From Dehalococcoidia bacterium (GTDB lineage Bacteria; Chloroflexota; Dehalococcoidia; UBA2979), in assembly GCA_965226785.1 (NCBI GenBank), contig CBDDEC010000004.1, forward strand, positions 66,998 to 130,997: 64,000 nt of DNA. Direction: 5' to 3'. Of this stretch, positions 18,164 to 27,627 are shown in pieces. The first letter of the stretch is position 1. Each line of letters starts with the position of its first letter. Made by a program: the position numbers and the translations under genes. Under the pieces are notes generated by a model. It ran no database searches. It saw only the letters and a list, made by a program, of their open reading frames with translations, and had not been told where the DNA came from.

Positions 18164-19726
18164 ATGGCGACACCCTCCGACGCGGTCGAGTGGCGCGACT
18201 GGCAGGCCGACACGCTGGCAGAGGCGCGCGAGCGCGGCCGCGCGTTGCTGCTGGCGTTCCACGGTGGCTGGGGCCGGCCTGACCTCGACGCCGCAGCCGC
18301 CGCTGACCGCGAACTGGCGGCGCTGATCGGCGAGGCGACCGTGCCCGTCGCGGTCGACATCGACGTAGCGCCCGAGGTCGCGGCGCGTTTCGAGGCCGAC
18401 GCCGGCGATGTCGTGGTCGCCGCCGCGGATGCGAGCCATATCGCGCGCCCAGAGCCGAGCGAGCTGCGTGGTGCGCTCGCGGTCGGACCGAGCAGCGCAC
18501 GTTCGTACGAGGAGGACCAGGCACCGCGCGAGCAGCGGACGGAGCTTTCGCCCTCGGTCGTCGACACCGCGACGGAGGCGGCGCTCGAGGTGCCGGTGGC
18601 GCTGGGGCCGGAGGCGCTGCGGCTCCTCGTCTACACCTCGCTGCGTCGGGAGCAGCCCGACCCGCTCGAACGTGCGGCCGACGATCTGCTGCGTCGCGTT
18701 TCGGCCACATCGACGGTGGTGCGCGCCGGCGAGTCGGGGCGGCTGCTGCTGGCGCTCGCCGAGACGGCGCTCGCCGACGCCCAACTGCGCGAGGAATTGC
18801 GCGCGGCGGCCGCGGTGGTGGCCGACGCGGTCGAAGCCCTGCGTGATGCTAGCGGAGGGTTCCGTGCGTGGGCTCGTGGTGACGGCGCAACGGCGCCGAT
18901 CGTGACCGCGGACGGCAACGCGCGGATGGCGCGCGGCCTGCTCCACGCGGGCGTGGCCTTTGATGAGCCGGCCTGGGTCGAGGCGGGGAGTCGCGCTGCC
19001 GACTTCCTGGTGCGGCAGCTTCGTGCCGGCACGGCGGGCTTCTACCACGCCTGGGATGGTTCGCCGAGCCACCTCGGCTGGCTCGGCGACCAGACGGCGG
19101 GCGCGCTCGCGCTGCTCGCAGCCTCGGAGGTCACCGGCGACGGTGACTATCGCGATCAGGCGACCGAGGTGATCCACGGCGTCACCGACGGCTGGGGTAC
19201 ATCGGACGGACGCGCGGTCGAGTGCTGGTCACTCGACGATGTGGGCGGCCCGTTCGACCGGCCGCAGCTGCGCCTCGCGACGAATGTCGAGCTGGCCGAG
19301 GCTCGTCTCTGGCTCGGGCGCTTCACTCACGACGAGCGCTACCTCCAGGCGGGCCTGGACGGCCTGACCATGTTCGCGCCGGACCTGGAGGCATCGACCG
19401 AGGCGCACGTGGCATACGCGCGCGTCGCTGACCGTTTGCAGTCGGCCGAGCCGGAACTCACGGTCGTGGCCAGCGCGCCGGTGGGCGAGCCGGACCGGAG
19501 CGCCGACCCGCTGCTCGCTTCCGCTCTGCGCATCCGTGCCGCGGCGAGGTCGGTGCAGCGCGTGACGGCGGAACGGGACGCCCACCACCTCGAACAACTC
19601 GGCGTGCCCTCGAGCCCCACAGGTGTGGCCTACGTCCGTTTCGGCGGCGAGCTGTCAGCGCCGATCGACGATGCGGAACGGCTGTCCCAGGCCGTCGAGG
19701 ACAGCTACCTCGCGTTCATCGGCTAG
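18164..19726 (+). CDS. DUF255/YyaL-like thioredoxin-domain protein with a six-hairpin C-terminal domain; CxxC lost
   Basis: VEWRDWQADTLAEARERGRALLLAFHGGWGRPD sits where the family normally has ...IGYSTCHWCHVM. The C-terminal half is alpha/alpha-toroid-like. Recognised from memory only. Confidence 0.45.
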   Translation: MATPSDAVEWRDWQADTLAEARERGRALLLAFHGGWGRPDLDAAAAADRELAALIGEATVPVAVDIDVAPEVAARFEADAGDVVVAAADASHIARPEPSELRGALAVGPSSARSYEEDQAPREQRTELSPSVVDTATEAALEVPVALGPEALRLLVYTSLRREQPDPLERAADDLLRRVSATSTVVRAGESGRLLLALAETALADAQLREELRAAAAVVADAVEALRDASGGFRAWARGDGATAPIVTADGNARMARGLLHAGVAFDEPAWVEAGSRAADFLVRQLRAGTAGFYHAWDGSPSHLGWLGDQTAGALALLAASEVTGDGDYRDQATEVIHGVTDGWGTSDGRAVECWSLDDVGGPFDRPQLRLATNVELAEARLWLGRFTHDERYLQAGLDGLTMFAPDLEASTEAHVAYARVADRLQSAEPELTVVASAPVGEPDRSADPLLASALRIRAAARSVQRVTAERDAHHLEQLGVPSSPTGVAYVRFGGELSAPIDDAERLSQAVEDSYLAFIG

Positions 19727-19760
19727 ACGGCGGTCCGCAGGATGCTGGCCGACCTCGGCG

Positions 19761-20273
19761 TCAGTCGACGCCGTCGATGCCGGCGGGGAGCAGGGCTTCG
19801 CGCAAGCGCTGGAGCCGCCACATGGCGTCGAGGTCGCGCTCGTTGATCTCCTGGACCCAGCGCTGGAGCGTCACCTCGCCCCGGAAGGGGTGGATGCCGA
19901 CATGCTCCCAGGCGTAGCTCGCGTCGCGCAGAATCCACACGGTCTCCTCGCGCAGCGTGCTGAAGTCCCAGGCCAGCTCATCGACCGACGCATGCTGGTA
20001 GCGTTGCTCGGCGGGGCCGTGCTGGGCGCGCCGCTCATCGATGCGTGCACCGTCGCGCGTCACGATCGCGTTCACCGCGCGCAGATCCTCACGCTCGGAG
20101 TCGCGAACGAAGCCGACGATCTCGACGGCCGACCACTCATCGAACGGCTCGTGCCGTCGCACGAGGGGTTCGTCGAACCCCAGGACCAGTCGCTCGATCC
20201 GGCGGCCGGTCTCCCGCAGCGTCTTCACGAGGTAGCGCCGCGGATCTGAATAGCGTGCGGTGATGTAGAGCAT
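19761..20273 (-). CDS. DinB-family protein
   Basis: The four-helix-bundle pattern fits the family. Start taken at ATG 20273 (MLYITARYSDP...). Confidence 0.5.
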   Translation of the reverse strand: MLYITARYSDPRRYLVKTLRETGRRIERLVLGFDEPLVRRHEPFDEWSAVEIVGFVRDSEREDLRAVNAIVTRDGARIDERRAQHGPAEQRYQHASVDELAWDFSTLREETVWILRDASYAWEHVGIHPFRGEVTLQRWVQEINERDLDAMWRLQRLREALLPAGIDGVD

Positions 20274-20356
20274 CGCCCCGATCCTCGCACGTCTCCGCAA
20301 CGCCCGAGGCGAACGTTACGATGCGCCGTGAACCCTGGCGGCGAGGAGGTGCAGCG

Positions 20357-20758
20357 ATGGCGAAGACCGACACGGCGCCGACGGCGCCCGTCTCGATCGG
20401 CGCGCTCGACCTGATCCAGCTGCATACCGCCGACCCGGTCGCAACTGCGGCGTGGTACCGCGACGTGCTCGGTGCGACGGTGCAGATGACCTCGCCGTAC
20501 TGGTCGCGCGTGCGGCTTGGCAATGTCGACATCGGCATCCACGAGGGCGCTCGGCCGGCGGGGCCGGGCTGGGAGCCGGGCTTCCGCGTGCTTGACATCG
20601 CCGCGACTCGCGCCGCGCTCGAGGCGCACGCGGTGGAGATCACGCAGCCGTACCACGACATCCCCGGCGGCGTGAAGCTCGGCTTCCGCGACGTGGCCGG
20701 CAACGAGCTGGCGGTCTACCAGTACGGCATTGCCGTCGCCGAGCTCGAGGACGGATAA
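20357..20758 (+). CDS. VOC / glyoxalase-bleomycin resistance family protein
   Basis: LIQLHTADPVATAAWYRDVLGA...GFRVLDIAATRAALEAH...FRDVAGNELAVYQ. SD ggagg precedes ATG 20357. Confidence 0.7.
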   Translation: MAKTDTAPTAPVSIGALDLIQLHTADPVATAAWYRDVLGATVQMTSPYWSRVRLGNVDIGIHEGARPAGPGWEPGFRVLDIAATRAALEAHAVEITQPYHDIPGGVKLGFRDVAGNELAVYQYGIAVAELEDG

Positions 20759-20764
20759 CGCGCC

Positions 20765-21373
20765 GTGGCGATCGGCGCTGCCGCGTACGCCTCGCTCGTC
20801 GCGGATGTCGAGGGCTGCCGCGCTTGTGGCGACGTTGGTTACACGCACCTCCTCGGCGATACCAACGGACCGCTCTCGGCGTCGCTGCTGATCGTCGGCG
20901 AGGCGCCGGGTCGCGATGGCGCCGCGCGCACGGGCGTGCCGTTCCACGGCGATCGCTCCGGTGATCGCTTCGAGGCGCTGCTGGCCCTCGCCGGTCTCAC
21001 GCGCGCCGAGGTGTTTGTCACCAACGCCATGCTCTGCCATCCGGCGGGCCCCGACGGCCGGAACCGCCGGCCGCGGGCCAGCGAAGTGATGGCCTGTTCG
21101 CGATACCTCGAGGCGACGCTGCGCCTCGTCGCGGCGCCGGTCGTGGTGGCGCTGGGTGGCGTCGCGCTGGAGGCGCTGGGTCGCATCGAGCCACACGGGA
21201 TCGAGCGCATTACAGACGCCGCGGGAACGCCTCGAACGTGGGCGGGACGCACGCTCGTACCGCTCGTGCACCCGAGTGCGCGCACGCAGGGGCGGCGCAA
21301 CTGGGTGCAGCAACAGCGCGACTGGCGACGCCTCGGACGGCTCGTCAGCGCCAACGGTTCCGTCGGAGCGTGA
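20765..21373 (+). CDS. Uracil-DNA glycosylase superfamily protein (family 4-like)
   Basis: Motif A is LLIVGEAPGRDG and motif B is VPLVHPSARTQ. Cys residues are positioned for a 4Fe-4S cluster. Confidence 0.7.
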   Translation: MAIGAAAYASLVADVEGCRACGDVGYTHLLGDTNGPLSASLLIVGEAPGRDGAARTGVPFHGDRSGDRFEALLALAGLTRAEVFVTNAMLCHPAGPDGRNRRPRASEVMACSRYLEATLRLVAAPVVVALGGVALEALGRIEPHGIERITDAAGTPRTWAGRTLVPLVHPSARTQGRRNWVQQQRDWRRLGRLVSANGSVGA

Positions 21374-21418
21374 CGCCGGCGTTTGATCGCGGATCAACAC
21401 GCTGCGAGGATCGGGCGC

Positions 21419-22252
21419 GTGAACGTCGCGTCGTTGCCCTACACCGTCCTCTTGTTGCTGCTCGAGTTGGCCGTCGGCTCGCTGGCGCTCGTCACGGTGT
21501 TCGACGCACGACGGCAGGTCACTGCCGGGTATGTGAAGGCGGGCGCCAGCCTAGTCGCGCCCATGGCCGGGCTCGCGCTCTGGACGTACCTCACGCTCGA
21601 GCGCGTCGACGAGGTTGATGGCTACGCCCTCGACGGCGACTGGCTGCGGCCGGCGGGGTTCGCCCTCGGGCTGTTCTTCCTTGTCACGCTGGGCTACATG
21701 GCGGCCTCCTTCTCCGATCGACGCAGTGCAGCGATCTGGCTCGGCGCGGGCGGGACCGCGGTCGGAGCGGTGGCGCTGGCGCTGCTCGCGGCGCTCATCG
21801 CTATGCCGGTCTGGTCGTACCTTGGCGCGCTGATCTCGGTCCTTGCTTCGGCCGCGGTGCTGGGCGGGGCGCTGATGGCAATGGTGTGGGGGCACTGGTA
21901 TCTCACCTCGGGCCGGCTGCCGAAGGAGCCGATGGAGCAGATGGCGCTGATCGTGCTCGGGGCACTGGCGCTGCAGGGCGCGCTCGTGCTTCTCGGCGCG
22001 CTCGCCCCAGTGCGCAACGTGCCGCTGAGCGAAGGTGCGTTTGGCGTGGGATTGGCGCAAAATCCGGCGTTCTGGCTGAGGATCGGCGTGGGGCTGCTGT
22101 TTCCGGCGGTAGCGGCGCTCCTGGCATGGCGATCCGCCCGTATTCGCGGCATGATGTCAGCTACGGGCTTGCTCTACATCGTCCTGGGGGCTGTGCTGGC
22201 GGGCGAGGTGCTGGCGCGGGGGCTCTTGTTCTCTACCGGGTCGGCAGTGTAG
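21419..22252 (+). CDS. Polytopic membrane protein, function unknown
   Basis: About 8 predicted TM helices with high GC3. GTG 21419 follows an SD gagga. No family recognised. Confidence 0.55.
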   Translation: MNVASLPYTVLLLLLELAVGSLALVTVFDARRQVTAGYVKAGASLVAPMAGLALWTYLTLERVDEVDGYALDGDWLRPAGFALGLFFLVTLGYMAASFSDRRSAAIWLGAGGTAVGAVALALLAALIAMPVWSYLGALISVLASAAVLGGALMAMVWGHWYLTSGRLPKEPMEQMALIVLGALALQGALVLLGALAPVRNVPLSEGAFGVGLAQNPAFWLRIGVGLLFPAVAALLAWRSARIRGMMSATGLLYIVLGAVLAGEVLARGLLFSTGSAV

Positions 22253-22352
22253 AACGAGCCATCCGACGCAAACCGAGCGCGTTGCACCCGGCGGTGGCGA
22301 TACACTGTCAGGGTGACCATCGCTCCCCACCCCAATGCGATGGGAGGCTCAG

Positions 22353-23135
22353 GTGGCGAAGAAGCCCGCCAACGAGCCCCAGCCCACCAGCAGCAGCGCG
22401 TCATCTGAGGACCGCGAGGGCGGCGCTTCGGAGATCCAATCGCGTCTACGTGACGTAACAAGATCAGACGCGGGAACATCCTCTCGTTCCAACGGCGAGC
22501 GTCGCGAGATCGACCAGAGCGATGCCGACCTCATGGCGCAGCTCGCGCGGGGCGAAGTCGACGCGCTCGAGGTGCTGTACGACCGCTACTCGACGCTCGT
22601 CTTCTCGCTCGGGCTCCGCATCCTGCGGGACCCGCAGCTGGCGGAGGATGTGGTGCAGGAGGTGTTCATTCGCCTCTGGCGGCGCCCCGCTTCGTACGAC
22701 CCGGCGCGGGGTCGGTTCGTGAGCTGGCTGATGTCCGTCTCACGCAACCGCGCCCTGGATGAACAACGACGCGTGTCCCGTCGGATGCGCGCCGAGGAGA
22801 CGGACGACGACCCGGCCCATGAGCTTCCCACCAACGACCGCTTCGACGATCCGCAAGCCGGCGTCCTGCTCGACGAGCTGCGCCGCCGGGTGCGCGAAGC
22901 GATGACGCGCTTGCCCCCGGCGCAACGCGAGGTCATCGAGCTGGCCTACTTCGGCGGCCTGACGCAGGTCGAGATCGCGGCACGCACGGGCGAGCCCCTG
23001 GGCACGGTGAAGACACGCGTGCGTCTGGGTATGAACAAGTTGCGTGCGGCGATCGGTCCCGATGCCGAGGATGACGTACGCGCCGCCGCCCCGGCGACCG
23101 CGCCCGGGCGTCGCCGGATCTGGAACCGACGATGA
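22353..23135 (+). CDS. ECF-type sigma-70 family RNA polymerase sigma factor with an N-terminal extension of about 55 aa
   Basis: Region 2 is VLYDRYSTLVFSLGLRILRDPQLAEDVVQEVFIRLW and region 4 is LPPAQREVIELAYFGGLTQVEIAARTGEPLGTVKTRVRLG. GTG 22353 follows SD gggagg. Confidence 0.85.
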   Translation: MAKKPANEPQPTSSSASSEDREGGASEIQSRLRDVTRSDAGTSSRSNGERREIDQSDADLMAQLARGEVDALEVLYDRYSTLVFSLGLRILRDPQLAEDVVQEVFIRLWRRPASYDPARGRFVSWLMSVSRNRALDEQRRVSRRMRAEETDDDPAHELPTNDRFDDPQAGVLLDELRRRVREAMTRLPPAQREVIELAYFGGLTQVEIAARTGEPLGTVKTRVRLGMNKLRAAIGPDAEDDVRAAAPATAPGRRRIWNRR

Positions 23136-23965
23136 CGCCCGAAGAACGCGAAGAGCTGCTCGCGAGCTACGCGCTCGGCACGCTCAGCGGACCCGTCGCC
23201 GCCGAGGTGGAGGCGCTCGTGCGGTCCGACACGTCCGCGGCGGAGCAGCTGGCGTCCTACCACGACTTCGTTGATCTGATCGCGCTCTCCGTTCCGCTGA
23301 AGCGTGCCGATCCGAGCCTGCGCCGACGCGTGCTCCAGGCTGCGCGGCGCGAGCGCCGTCGCAGCTCGAGCGTGGCCGCGATCACGCGCTGGGCGCCGGC
23401 CGTCGCTGCAGCCGCGGTGCTCGCCGTCGTCGCGTTCTGGGCAGCGAGCATCCAGACCACCGTCACCGACCTTCGCGATCACACGGCAACGCTGACAGCG
23501 GTGCTCGAGGTGCAGGCGCGGCAGATCGATGAGCTGATCGCTGATGACATCGCTCGCGATCGCTCGGCCAGCGCTGCGGAAGCGATCACCCTCGAGTTGC
23601 GCGACGCGCAGAGCACGATCGTGGGTATCCTCACCGACCCCGAGCAGATGACGATTGAGCTCGAGGCGACCAGTGCGGGCCACGGCGCCTCCGGTCGCTA
23701 CATCTGGAGCGGTCTCGAGAACGCTGGCATGGTGACGTTGCAGAACCTGCCTCCACTGCCGTTCGGCGGGAGCTACGTGGTCTGGGTCGAGGACGAGGAC
23801 TCGCGTCAGATGTTGATGCAGACCTTCGTGCCAGACGCGGACGGCTCGGTCAGCGAGCTGCTGCGAGGCGCTGTCGACACGGAACCGGTCCACGTATACG
23901 TCGCTACCCGCGACGTCACCGGTGAGACTGGCCTCGTCGTGTTGCAGGCCGTCGTCGGCCGCTAG
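23132..23965 (+). CDS. Anti-sigma factor (RskA-like, single TM)
   Basis: ATGA overlap with the sigma gene. The N-terminal anti-sigma domain (EELLASYALGTLSG), a TM helix and a C-terminal RskA-like domain are present. Confidence 0.75.
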   Translation: MTPEEREELLASYALGTLSGPVAAEVEALVRSDTSAAEQLASYHDFVDLIALSVPLKRADPSLRRRVLQAARRERRRSSSVAAITRWAPAVAAAAVLAVVAFWAASIQTTVTDLRDHTATLTAVLEVQARQIDELIADDIARDRSASAAEAITLELRDAQSTIVGILTDPEQMTIELEATSAGHGASGRYIWSGLENAGMVTLQNLPPLPFGGSYVVWVEDEDSRQMLMQTFVPDADGSVSELLRGAVDTEPVHVYVATRDVTGETGLVVLQAVVGR

Positions 23966-23998
23966 CCCGATCCCGGCCGCCGCCGCCGCGAACGCGTC

Positions 23999-25297
23999 TC
24001 AGCTCGATGTGACCTCGCCTGGCGGGTCGTCCGCGGCGCCTGGTGGCGGGGGAGCCGCTGATGGCGGCGTCTCGGGCGACGGGCCTGGTTCGGCCGCCGT
24101 TGCCGCTCCCTCGGACGGTTCGGCCGTGGCTTCACCATCCCAGGTTTTGGCAGAGATGCGTTCGCTATCGAGCTGCACTTCGAGTTCGGCCTGGTGGGCG
24201 CGCCCGTAGTGGCTCATCGTGAGCGCCTCGGTCGCCGTGCCGCCTCGCAGACGACGGTCGGCGTACCAGAACAGCTCGCGCAGGATCGCCGCGAGCGGAA
24301 CCACGACGACGAGCCCGATGAAGCCAAACGCGGCGCCACCTGCAGCTAATAAGAGCAGGATCATCGCGGGGTGGATGTGCACCGCCTGCCCCTGGATGCG
24401 GGGTACGAGGAACAGGTTCTCGACCTGCTGGACGAGCAGATAGAGGAGCAAAACCGGGAGGATCAGGCCGGGCTCGGTTGCTGCCACAATGATCAGCCCG
24501 GGTACGGCGCCGATCCACGGGCCGATGATCGGGATCAGCTCCGTGACGCCCGCGAACAGCCCGAGCGCCAGCGAGAGCTCGACGCCGAGAATCGTGAGCC
24601 CCACTCCGACCGACACACCAACGACCACGCCGAGGAACAACTGCCCTCGGATGTAGCGTCCGAGCAGGCGGTCGGCGATGAGCAGGAGGTTACGCACGTC
24701 CTGCCGCGCCTCTTCCGGAACTGCGTTAATGAAATTGTTGGCCACGTACGGACGGTCACGCAGGGCGTAGAACATGAAGAACGGCACGATCACGAAGCCA
24801 AAGACGATCGTGAGTGTGCCGGTCAGCAGCCCAACCGAGCGACGCATACCCGCTGCAACGGCGTCCGCCACGGTGTTGCCTGCATCCGCGCCGATCTCGT
24901 CGATGCGCTCCTGGAGGTCCATGGGTACGCGGCTTCGGTACTCCTCGAGCCACTCGTTCGCCTGCAGTCGGGCGTCATCGACGATTTCCGGCAGGCGGTC
25001 GACGAACTGCGCAATCTGGTCGGCGGCCACGGGGATCAGTGCGACGCCAGCCGCGACGATCGTGAGGGCGAACACGGCGTACAGCACCAGCACGGCCGCG
25101 CCACGGCGGTACAGGTCGCCTCGGTGGGAGCGCGCCGGGATGACGCTGGCCACGCGATCGACGAGGGGTGACAGCGCGTAGGCGAGCAGGGCGCCGACCG
25201 CGAACGGGAACAGTGCGCCGCGAGCCTGCCACACGATGTACAGGACGATCGCGAGCATGGCGGCCCAGAGCGCGATACGCCAGCGTTGGGCGGTCAC
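23999..25297 (-). CDS. AI-2E family transporter (PerM/UPF0118) with a Pro/Ala-rich C-terminal tail
   Basis: Polytopic protein with FPFAVGALLAYAL..., IPIIGPWIGAVPG. The start is uncertain (GTG 25297 or ATG 25258); the track start at 25384 would overlap the fur-family gene. Confidence 0.8.
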   Translation of the reverse strand: MTAQRWRIALWAAMLAIVLYIVWQARGALFPFAVGALLAYALSPLVDRVASVIPARSHRGDLYRRGAAVLVLYAVFALTIVAAGVALIPVAADQIAQFVDRLPEIVDDARLQANEWLEEYRSRVPMDLQERIDEIGADAGNTVADAVAAGMRRSVGLLTGTLTIVFGFVIVPFFMFYALRDRPYVANNFINAVPEEARQDVRNLLLIADRLLGRYIRGQLFLGVVVGVSVGVGLTILGVELSLALGLFAGVTELIPIIGPWIGAVPGLIIVAATEPGLILPVLLLYLLVQQVENLFLVPRIQGQAVHIHPAMILLLLAAGGAAFGFIGLVVVVPLAAILRELFWYADRRLRGGTATEALTMSHYGRAHQAELEVQLDSERISAKTWDGEATAEPSEGAATAAEPGPSPETPPSAAPPPPGAADDPPGEVTSS

Positions 25298-25309
25298 AAT
25301 TGCATTGTG
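25295..25309. promoter_or_regulatory. Perfect 6-3-6 palindrome CACAAT-tgc-ATTGTG, candidate Fur-family operator
   Basis: It lies 52 nt upstream of the fur-family ATG, in the divergent region shared with the AI-2E gene. Confidence 0.4.
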
Positions 25310-25360
25310 CCCGATCCGCTCCGATTTGACAGGCCGGGACGCCGGGATGACGATCGCCCC

Positions 25361-25795
25361 ATGTCGACCATCGACACGCTGCAACGTCGACTCGCGAGCG
25401 CCGGATTACGCGTCACCGCGCCGCGACGCCGGCTGCTGGACACGATGCGCGGCCTTGGCGATCAGTTCTCCGCTGACCAACTCCTGGCCGAGACCCCCGA
25501 GGTCGGCCGCGCGACCGTGTTCCGTACGCTACGGCTGTTCCAGGAGCTGGGCGTCGTCTGCCAGGTCGTCCTCGACGATGGCGCGGTGGCCTACAGCCTC
25601 TCCTCGGACGGCCATCACCATCATCTCGTCTGCTCCAACTGCGGGGCGGTCCGCAACTTCGCCTCGACCGACATCGAGGACCTGCTGCAGGAGTTGGCGC
25701 GCCGTACCGGCTACGACGTTGCGGCGCATCGCCTCGAGGTGTACGGCCGCTGCGCCGTCTGCCGCGAGACGTCCGAGGCGGTCGAAACCGCCTGA
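25361..25795 (+). CDS. Fur family metalloregulator (Zur/Mur/Nur-like)
   Basis: LRVTAPRRRLLDTM...ATVFRTLRLFQELGVV...HHHHLVCSNCG...GRCAVC are the DNA-binding and structural Zn Cys motifs. Confidence 0.85.
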   Translation: MSTIDTLQRRLASAGLRVTAPRRRLLDTMRGLGDQFSADQLLAETPEVGRATVFRTLRLFQELGVVCQVVLDDGAVAYSLSSDGHHHHLVCSNCGAVRNFASTDIEDLLQELARRTGYDVAAHRLEVYGRCAVCRETSEAVETA

Positions 25796-25915
25796 CTTCC
25801 CCTCGAATCGTGCGCGAAGCGGCCGCTGGCCGTTGCCAAGCTGTACTGAGACTGAGTATCTTTACTCCGCTGTAGGGCTGCGCAGCGATCGCTATCGCTG
25901 GACCGGAGCTGTGAT

Positions 25916-26776
25916 GTGACCACCGAGAACGTCTCTAGCGTCGTCACGCCGCACATCCCCGCGCGTGAGCCGCTCGAGGCGGAGCACCCGCACGCTGCAT
26001 TCGCCCTCGAGGTGAGTGGCCTCACGGCCGGTTACCCCGGGGACCCCCCCGCCATCGAGGACATCGACCTGCAGGTACCGGTCGGTGAGCTCGTCGGCCT
26101 GATCGGGCCCAACGGAGCGGGCAAATCGACGCTGTTCAAGTCGATCATGGGTCTCATGCGGCCGGCTCACGGCGAGGTGCTCGCCTTCGGGCGGCCCATC
26201 GCCGAGGCACGCTCGGACATCGCCTACATGCCACAGGTCGAGGAGGTCGATTGGGACTTCCCGGTCTCCGTCTTCGACGTCGCCCTGATGGGGCGCTACC
26301 AGCGACCCCGCCCGTTCAGGCGGTGGAGCGCGGAGGACCGCGCGGCGGCGATGGACGCCCTCGAACGGGTCGGCCTCGCCGACCGTGCCGGTCGCCCAGC
26401 GGGGCGGCTCTCCGGCGGCGAGCGGCGTCGCTTGCTGATGGCGCGCGCCATCGCCCGCGGCGCGCGGCTGCTGCTGCTCGATGAGCCCTTCGCCGGCCTC
26501 GACGCGGCTGTGCAGCACGACCTGATCGCGATCCTGGACGAACTGGCGCGCGAGGGCCGGAGCATCCTCGTCGCCACTCACGACCTCTCCTGCGTCGCCA
26601 ACTCCTGCGACGAGACGTGCTGCCTTAACCGGCGCGTGATCGCGGCCGGGCCCTCCGCGTCCGTCCTGACCGAGGAGGTTCTGACCGAGACGTTCCAACG
26701 GCACCTGCTCGCGATCCCGACGGCGGCGCCGCTCGGCGATGTGATCCGGAGCGTGGTCGCGGAAGGCGACGACTGA
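25916..26776 (+). CDS. Metal (Zn/Mn-type, ABC-3 system) ABC transporter ATP-binding protein
   Basis: Walker A GPNGAGKST, signature LSGGERRR and Walker B LLLLDEP are present, with ZnuC/MntB-like context. Confidence 0.85.
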   Translation: MTTENVSSVVTPHIPAREPLEAEHPHAAFALEVSGLTAGYPGDPPAIEDIDLQVPVGELVGLIGPNGAGKSTLFKSIMGLMRPAHGEVLAFGRPIAEARSDIAYMPQVEEVDWDFPVSVFDVALMGRYQRPRPFRRWSAEDRAAAMDALERVGLADRAGRPAGRLSGGERRRLLMARAIARGARLLLLDEPFAGLDAAVQHDLIAILDELAREGRSILVATHDLSCVANSCDETCCLNRRVIAAGPSASVLTEEVLTETFQRHLLAIPTAAPLGDVIRSVVAEGDD

Positions 26777-27627
26777 TGGCCGACCTCGTCGCCTGGTTCA
26801 CAGACCCGTACGCGTTCGAGTTCATGCGCCGCGCGCTCCTCGTGCTCGTCGTCGTCAGCGTGGTCGGGTCGGTCGTCGGCGCGTATGTCGTGCACAAGGG
26901 CCTGGCGTTCTCGGGCGACGCGCTGGCGCATTCGACGCTGGCCGGCGTGGCCGTCGCGTTCGTCGCAGGCGCCAACGTCAGCCTCGGTGCGCTGATCGCG
27001 GCCTCGGTCACCGCGCTGGGCATCGGCTGGACGCGGGACCGGACACGGGTCAGCTACGACACGGCGATCGGCATCCTCTTCGTGGCGATGTTCGCGATCG
27101 GCATCCTCGTGATGTCACAGCGCACCAACTACACGCCAGACCTGTTCTCGTTCGTCTTCGGCAACATCCTCGGCATCTCGCAATCCGACCTCGTCGGCGC
27201 GCTGATCCTCGGCGTAGCGGTGCTCGTCTTCGTCTTCGCCTTCTACCGCGAGCTGCTGCTGACCTCGTACGACCCGACGATGGCGGCGACGGTGGGTGTG
27301 GCGTCGAGGTTCTTCCAGTACGCGCTGCTGGTGCTCATTGCCGTCACGGTCGTGGTGGCGCTGAAAGCGATCGGGATCGTGCTGGTGAACGCCATGCTGA
27401 TCGTGCCGGCGGCTACGGCGACGCTACTCGTGCGCCGGCTGCCCTCGATCATGGCGCTGGGCGCAGCGATTGGGCTGGCCGCCTCGGTCGTGGGGCTGCA
27501 CGTCTCGTTCCACGCCGACGTGGCTGCCTCGCCGGCGATCGTGCTCGCCGCCTGTGGCGCGTTCGTGGCGGTCGTGATCGTGCAGTCGGCGCGCGGCCGT
27601 CTCGCCTCGGGGCTCGCACCGGTATGA
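26776..27627 (+). CDS. Metal ABC transporter permease (ABC-3 / ZnuB-MntC family)
   Basis: 283 aa with 8-9 TM helices. FMRRALLVLVV...GDALAHSTLAGVA is typical of ABC-3 permeases. It overlaps the ATPase stop by 1 nt. Confidence 0.85.
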   Translation: MADLVAWFTDPYAFEFMRRALLVLVVVSVVGSVVGAYVVHKGLAFSGDALAHSTLAGVAVAFVAGANVSLGALIAASVTALGIGWTRDRTRVSYDTAIGILFVAMFAIGILVMSQRTNYTPDLFSFVFGNILGISQSDLVGALILGVAVLVFVFAFYRELLLTSYDPTMAATVGVASRFFQYALLVLIAVTVVVALKAIGIVLVNAMLIVPAATATLLVRRLPSIMALGAAIGLAASVVGLHVSFHADVAASPAIVLAACGAFVAVVIVQSARGRLASGLAPV

